Virus record (IMG/VR): IMGVR_UViG_3300041956_000050
Span: 32,001-96,000 of that record
Length of the DNA stretch: 64,000 nucleotides
Source of the DNA: a virus
Direction: 5' to 3' (one strand)
The translations under genes were made by a program, and so were the position numbers. The notes below the pieces were generated by a model. That model was given only the letters and a program-made list of their open reading frames with translations. It was not told the DNA's origin and searched no databases. Below are positions 58,760 to 64,000 of this stretch, piece by piece (positions within the stretch are counted from its first letter, which is position 1; each line of letters starts with the position of its first letter).

Positions 58760-59458
58760 CGAACGACCGGAAAATGCGGAGTGATCGGCTGCTACGGTCA
58801 TTCCGCTGACCGGTCTGTGCCAGCTATCTGGTTTTCGGGGTAGAGGGCGCTAAGCTGCCCTGCGGCGCGGCCGGTGGCGGACCTCCAGACTCCCATCCGG
58901 CCGGTGCCCTACTCGGCCACACTGATGACATGTCTCAGGCGCAAGGATGTGCTGTTGCCGGGTATGCTAGGGTGGCGCTCGCCGTCCCGGTGCTGAGATC
59001 CCCTCGACGCCGGGGCGGCGACCTACATAGCACCCGCCGTTCTAGACCCTGCCTTTGGCGAGTGCGCCTAGCCTCCGGCCTCCGCTGTGCTTCTGCTCAT
59101 ACGGGTTGAAGGGACACGCAGCGGGGGCCGGTCCCTATCTTCAGTGTTGACACTAGAAGACTATACGAAGGTCTAGGTCATGGCGGCGGCGATTCTGCTA
59201 CGGTCGCCTGCGCTGAGCCGGTGGTGGTGGCATGTCGAGAGCGTTCCGGCGAACACGCGACATGACTCTTTACGTATCTGCGTGTCGGGCCGAGACGCGG
59301 GTGCGGCACCGGCTCAGCGCCCTAGCAGCCCGTCCAGGCCATTCGTCCAGTCGGGGTTGACACGGCGTTGAGAGCCGGTATAGGGTCGCCCCGGCGCTCG
59401 GATAGCGCTCGGGGGCTAGGAAGCCCTCGACCTCAATACCACACAAGGAGGGACGCGC

Positions 59459-60838
59459 ATGCAATTGCGCCTCCGTCTCGCGCTCGGTGTGGGCGCGATC
59501 CTGACTCTGGCCCTGCCAGCGTCTGCCCTAGCGGTCCCAGGTGACCGCGCCATCTCGAACCCCGCTCCGGGCGTCTTCCGACTGGACGACGACAACCTTG
59601 AGCCGGGGTGCTTCATCCCCGGTCGGCGTGCGCCGGTCGAGATCGACTCGCACCTCGACCTGACGTTCCTGATGGCGGGCGAGATCGCCCGTGAGCTTCA
59701 CGTCACGAATGACGACAACTCGCCCATCAACGTCGATCAGGTGCTCGTGCCGTCTGTCATCGATGGCTACAAGATCTACAACACGTTCGAGAACACCGGA
59801 CGCGCTGCGGACATCGGCCCGAACTTCACGGCCGTTGACATGTTCGCGCCGGACTCGAATGGTGTCGATGGTCCTGACGGCATCGATTCCCGCGACGTGA
59901 TCGTCTGCGTCTCGGATCACGGCACGCCGCAGAACGAGCCGTATGCGCAGGAGGACGACGGACTGGTGTCGGCCAAGAACCGGCCGATCCTGGCTCCGAA
60001 GCTGACTGCCCTCGGTGCGTCGGCCGTCGAGCCGCTGAACACCTACAAGGCCGGATTCGGCTACGACACGGAGCGTTGGTACACGCCGCCGAGCTACGAC
60101 GGCGCGAACACGTTCCCGTTCCACCCGACCGTGACCGATCCGGAGGCGTTCCCGTCTCCGACGTTCGGTGGCGATCTGCCGTTCCTCGTCCGGCTCAAGC
60201 CGCGTGCGGATGACTTCCCGTATGACGCGCGTCGAGTCAACGATGTTGACGGTGCCGCTGAGGCGTGGTACGGACCCGATCTCGAAGGTGATGTTGACGG
60301 GTTCGGCCAGGATGCCTGGTTCCGTCAGTCCGGCGACGATCACGACTGGATCGCGGGCGATCCGCTGGGCGGCACGCCGCTCCGGCTGATTGCCACGCTC
60401 ACCCAGGGCGATCTTCCCATCGAGTGGACCCTGCGTCCGTCGCTGGGAGCGCCTGACACGCAGCGCAGCACGGAGTTCACCGACGACGATCTGCGCGCAT
60501 GGGATGCCGAGTGGCAGGACTACTACGACTGCAAGGGTCCGAAGCCCTCGCTGCCGCTCCTGCCTGGCACCAACTCGCCCGCCTCCGACGACAACACTGA
60601 CTGCAACCCGCAGTTGTCGATGCCGCCGGTCACGGTCGTCAACCCGACGCCGGTCGTCCGCGTCAACCCGACCCCGGTCGTCGTCAACACGCCTGTCAAC
60701 TCTTCGAGCACCGGCAAGAAGCACGCCAGCAAGAAGCAGAAGAAGGCGTACCGCAAGTGCGTCAAGAAGGCCAAGGCCAAGCACGGCAAGAAGGCCAAGC
60801 GCCGCGCGATGAAGCGCTGCAACCGGATGAAGCACTAG
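59459..60838 (+). CDS. Secreted acidic protein with a Lys-rich Cys-paired C-terminal tail
   Basis: Signal peptide ..PASALA; VVNPTP repeats; KKAYRKCVKKAKAK..RRAMKRC. Confidence 0.8.
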   Translation: MQLRLRLALGVGAILTLALPASALAVPGDRAISNPAPGVFRLDDDNLEPGCFIPGRRAPVEIDSHLDLTFLMAGEIARELHVTNDDNSPINVDQVLVPSVIDGYKIYNTFENTGRAADIGPNFTAVDMFAPDSNGVDGPDGIDSRDVIVCVSDHGTPQNEPYAQEDDGLVSAKNRPILAPKLTALGASAVEPLNTYKAGFGYDTERWYTPPSYDGANTFPFHPTVTDPEAFPSPTFGGDLPFLVRLKPRADDFPYDARRVNDVDGAAEAWYGPDLEGDVDGFGQDAWFRQSGDDHDWIAGDPLGGTPLRLIATLTQGDLPIEWTLRPSLGAPDTQRSTEFTDDDLRAWDAEWQDYYDCKGPKPSLPLLPGTNSPASDDNTDCNPQLSMPPVTVVNPTPVVRVNPTPVVVNTPVNSSSTGKKHASKKQKKAYRKCVKKAKAKHGKKAKRRAMKRCNRMKH

Positions 60839-60890
60839 CGACAAGTTCGCAAGCTCGCACAAGCTACAAGCCGACGCGAGCGGCGAGTAG

Positions 60891-60926
60891 AGGGGAGAGG
60901 CCCTGCTTCGGCGGGGCCTTTCCTTT
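60891..60926 (+). terminator. Rho-independent terminator
   Basis: AGGGGAGAGGCCCTGC-TTCG-GCGGGGCCTTTCCTTT. Confidence 0.7.
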
Positions 60927-61084
60927 GCCCGCTCAAGCTCGGGGCAGCTTCTGCCGATGCCTGGTAGAATCATCCGGCTGCCGGTGCCTGGTGGCTTCCA
61001 GCGCTTGACCCTCCGTCGTTCGCGCCCCAGCATCCAGACACACCGGGTATCGGCAGCGACAACACAGACGACAAGGAGTAAGGG

Positions 61085-61462
61085 ATGCGATCTATGGTGA
61101 TCGCCGCAGTGGCACTGCTGGCGGTCGGTATCGCCAACATCGATGTTCAGCCGACCGAGACGAAGACTGTCAAGGTTCCTGTCACGAAGACCGTGACCAA
61201 GACGAAGGTCAGGACCGTTTACAAGGAGCGGCCAGTCGGCAGTGGCGTGATGACGCGCGCCGATTGCAAGAGCCTTGCGCATACGCGCGAGGACTTCCGC
61301 GTCATCGTCAACCGCTATGGCTGGCCGACCGGGCAGAACGGTGAGGACTCCGGCTCAGACACGCTCTGGTACAAGCTCACTGACGCCAGTGGCGACGAGT
61401 GCGAGCTTGACTTCTGGCAGGGCAAGCTCGATGACGTGCAGATCGAGGAAGATTGGTTGTAA
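61085..61462 (+). CDS. Secreted or membrane-anchored protein
   Basis: N-terminal hydrophobic segment; AAGGAG SD. Confidence 0.65.
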   Translation: MRSMVIAAVALLAVGIANIDVQPTETKTVKVPVTKTVTKTKVRTVYKERPVGSGVMTRADCKSLAHTREDFRVIVNRYGWPTGQNGEDSGSDTLWYKLTDASGDECELDFWQGKLDDVQIEEDWL

Positions 61463-61580
61463 TGACAAGAGCAATGAAGACCCGGCTGATCTTTGCATCA
61501 CTGTTGGCGGTAGGCGCTGCGGTGGTGGCATATCTGCTTGGCTACAGCGACGGCTTCGACTCAGGAAGGACGGAGTTCTG

Positions 61581-61868
61581 ATGGCGATTGATCTCGTTCT
61601 GGCTGCGCGCTTGCTGGAGCAGCGGCGCGAGGCCAACGTTGGCAAGCAGCTTGACAATGCGAGCTTGCCTGCTGGCTCCAGCATGTACTACTACTGCCAC
61701 GGCTGCGGTGTCCAGACGGATGTCAAGCCGGAGGGCTGGTGGCAAGATCCGCCGCCGCCACGGCACTGTGAGGACTGCAAGGTGCTGATCGAGGCCGGTC
61801 TGCTCGATTCCGGCGAAACCTACGACACCTGGCTGCGCGAGCACGATCACAAACCGGTGCCGCGATGA
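61581..61868 (+). CDS. Zinc-binding hypothetical protein
   Basis: CHGCG..CEDC. Confidence 0.6.
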   Translation: MAIDLVLAARLLEQRREANVGKQLDNASLPAGSSMYYYCHGCGVQTDVKPEGWWQDPPPPRHCEDCKVLIEAGLLDSGETYDTWLREHDHKPVPR

Positions 61869-62146
61869 TGTCCATTATGCCAGCACACTTGAAAGAAATC
61901 TCTCCTCCGGCTGGCATGTCGAACTTCGACAACGAGATCGATGAGGGTGTCGAGGAGGCGTTGAAGGCTGGTGATTGGTATTGTCACCATGCTGCGTGGG
62001 ATTTCAACGGCCTCGTCTGGTACGACGCCGAGTTGGGCATGTTCATCGAGGAGATCTGGCGCTACAAGACGCAGGTCGGCACCTATCAAGCGCCGACGCT
62101 GCGAGAACTGATGGATCTGACAAACGACGACTGGGGATGGTCATGA
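61865..62146 (+). CDS. Hypothetical protein
   Basis: ATGA coupling. Confidence 0.6.
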   Translation: MMSIMPAHLKEISPPAGMSNFDNEIDEGVEEALKAGDWYCHHAAWDFNGLVWYDAELGMFIEEIWRYKTQVGTYQAPTLRELMDLTNDDWGWS

Positions 62147-62439
62147 ACGACAACACTGCTGAACACGATGTGCTGAAGGGCTACGCCAAGGGCCAGGGCT
62201 TCACGGTGCGCGGATTCCGTGACGACGAGGAGAACGGCCTCACCGCTGAGCTTGGCCGCTTCCGTGTCATCGAGGACGACGAGGACCATGGCCTGTACGC
62301 AGACGACGAGGGTGTGCTGGAGGCGTGCATCGTCGGCTCGGTCGAGTACCGCAATCAGCGCGTCTCGCTGTCGTTCATCCCGGACGGCTACGACGGTGGC
62401 AACGAGGTGTATGACCCCAGCGTTCTGGAGGAACTATGA
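62143..62439 (+). CDS. Hypothetical acidic protein
   Basis: ATGA coupling. Confidence 0.6.
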   Translation: MNDNTAEHDVLKGYAKGQGFTVRGFRDDEENGLTAELGRFRVIEDDEDHGLYADDEGVLEACIVGSVEYRNQRVSLSFIPDGYDGGNEVYDPSVLEEL

Positions 62440-62690
62440 CAACACAGTTGAAGAACGTTGTGCGTCAGAACCCTGACTGGCTGACGCTAATCGGCGCGCT
62501 GGCGATGGTGCTCGGGGTCGCGGTGATAGCGTTGCTGGCCGATGCCGTCCCTGTGCTGGCGCTGGCAGTTGCCCTGGTGCCCCTCTGCGGGGGCGCATGG
62601 GCGCTCGGAGCAGCCTCTGCCATCCCGCAGCGGCGTGCGGAAAGGGCCGCAAAGACCGCGCAGATCGAGCGCGAGCTTGAGATCGGATGA
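62436..62690 (+). CDS. Membrane protein (2 TM)
   Basis: Two hydrophobic helices. Confidence 0.6.
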   Translation: MTTQLKNVVRQNPDWLTLIGALAMVLGVAVIALLADAVPVLALAVALVPLCGGAWALGAASAIPQRRAERAAKTAQIERELEIG

Positions 62691-62739
62691 TCCCAACGTG
62701 TAAGGTGCCTGCGAGAGACAGCGAGAGGGAGTCTGGAAG

Positions 62740-63183
62740 GTGGCGAGGATGAGCGAGCCGGAGAGCCGGAAGTGTCCGGCATGCGACTTCGTGGCCGCGA
62801 ATGTGGCTGAAGAGGTCGCCCACATGGAGGCCAACCACCGCGATCTGGTCGAGGAACGCTTGCGTCAGGCAGGAATCTCCTTCGTGGACTACCGTACTGG
62901 TCCTGATCTGCCATCAATCATGACGCTAGCTGAGTTCCGGCAGATGATGGTGTTCATCGAGCACTACGCCGCCAAGTTCCCCGGCGAGGACATCGAGATC
63001 GGCGTCCTTGTCAGGGACCGTGGCCGTCCTGCTCCGGAAGCGCTCTACCCTCCGCTGATGGCACCGTGGATCGAGTTCTCGGTTGGCAAGCGCGCGTTCG
63101 CCATGTGGCGGGCGACGATGGATCTCTACGAGGTCGATCCGGTGACCGGCGCAGTTCATGACGAGCCGCTTCATAAGTCATGA
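62740..63183 (+). CDS. C2H2-like zinc finger protein
   Basis: CPACDF..HMEANH. Confidence 0.6.
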   Translation: MARMSEPESRKCPACDFVAANVAEEVAHMEANHRDLVEERLRQAGISFVDYRTGPDLPSIMTLAEFRQMMVFIEHYAAKFPGEDIEIGVLVRDRGRPAPEALYPPLMAPWIEFSVGKRAFAMWRATMDLYEVDPVTGAVHDEPLHKS

Positions 63184-63530
63184 ATGACGACGAAAAGACG
63201 GAGGCCGAGAGACTCGATCCGCGTGAGTTCGTGGATCAGGACGATCCGCGCTACAACGGCTTCCGCATCCGCGAGTGGTGGATGGCGACGGCTGTCGATC
63301 CCGCCGACAATACAGAGGGTCCGCTATTTGTGTCAGGACTGATGGCGCAGATGTTCAACCTGATGCCTGGTCCGGCGATGGCGGCTGACGAGCGGCGACT
63401 GCACAATCTGCGTGACTTCGCTGCCTGGTCGGCCGCGCAGTATGGCACCACTATTTGCATCCGGCACTTCAAGCCGGAAGGCGACCCGGAGATCATCATT
63501 CCCCAGTCAGGAGGAATCGGAAGTGACTGA
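63180..63530 (+). CDS. Hypothetical protein
   Basis: ATGA coupling. Confidence 0.55.
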   Translation: MNDDEKTEAERLDPREFVDQDDPRYNGFRIREWWMATAVDPADNTEGPLFVSGLMAQMFNLMPGPAMAADERRLHNLRDFAAWSAAQYGTTICIRHFKPEGDPEIIIPQSGGIGSD

Positions 63531-63792
63531 GCGGTACGGGCTGTACGGCGTCATCCCTGTCGAGCGGGACGCCAACCCCACACCGATGACGCTGGCAGAG
63601 CAGAACATCGGTGACACTGGCGATACCTTGCTGTACGAGACGAGCGATCCCGGCGAGGCGCGGGCGATCTACGAGGCCGGGGGCTTCGAGCGCAACGGTG
63701 TCTGGCATGCTGTCACTCGCGTCGAGGATCGCCAGAAGCGCTCCGGCACGCAGCGCACCAGTGTCCCTTCCAAGCGTGACTACCGGTCATGA
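63523..63792 (+). CDS. Hypothetical protein
   Basis: AGGAGG SD. Confidence 0.55.
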   Translation: MTERYGLYGVIPVERDANPTPMTLAEQNIGDTGDTLLYETSDPGEARAIYEAGGFERNGVWHAVTRVEDRQKRSGTQRTSVPSKRDYRS

Positions 63793-64000
63793 CCGATCTA
63801 GACGCCATCTATAGCGACATCCAACGCTTCATCGAGGCCAACTACGCCAGCCAGATCACGCTCTCTGACTTCGCCCACGCGCGCCAGATCCCCAAGAGCG
63901 ACGTGCAGGCGGCGCTCAGCTACCAGGCGACCAACTGGGTGCGGATGCTGCTCAACGAGCGCATGAAGCACGCGAGGGAGCTTCTGGCGTTCTCCGGCGA
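63789..64000 (+). CDS. AraC-family HTH protein (3'-truncated)
   Basis: FIEANYASQITLSDFA..LLNERMKHARELL. Confidence 0.7.
   Translation, partial: MTDLDAIYSDIQRFIEANYASQITLSDFAHARQIPKSDVQAALSYQATNWVRMLLNERMKHARELLAFSG

Noticed and set aside
58922-58960. CTGATGA on the + strand in non-coding DNA
   Set aside because: No stem II followed by GAAA and no matching stems I or III.
59528-61282. Long antisense ORFs (584 aa here; also 9528-10787 and 14804-16030)
   Set aside because: Shadow frames of high-GC genes on the opposite strand, with no SD and no recognisable motifs.

Overview
This window is part of a large, high-GC dsDNA phage genome (tailed-phage type), probably infecting an actinobacterium. 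Secreted-protein motifs hint at Solirubrobacterales/Thermoleophilia, which is an inference. Bases 1-27 kb (+) carry replication and recombination genes (primase C-terminus, gp32-like SSB, DnaE, RecA, Cas4-like exonuclease, RuvC), the terminase, a portal fused to a MuF domain, a lysis cassette, a dcd-family enzyme and many small, highly charged proteins. Bases 27-57 kb (-) are a long run of small early or accessory genes, including a SpoU/TrmH RNA methyltransferase and a UvrD-like helicase. An AT-rich divergence point at about 57.6-57.9 kb is flanked by structured non-coding DNA, after which + strand genes resume. The main finding is three hammerhead-ribozyme cores at the 5' end of the minus-strand gene block. 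One is a type III with a single extra nucleotide after A9. The other two (54287-54378 and 55691-55777) share a covarying, non-canonical five-way topology: stems I, II and III are all loop-closed, and the RNA enters and exits through an extra helix inserted between A9 and G10.1. A densely structured non-coding region of about 590 nt ends at the first ribozyme. All calls were made by eye; no database searches were run, and only a subset of the small hypothetical ORFs is listed.
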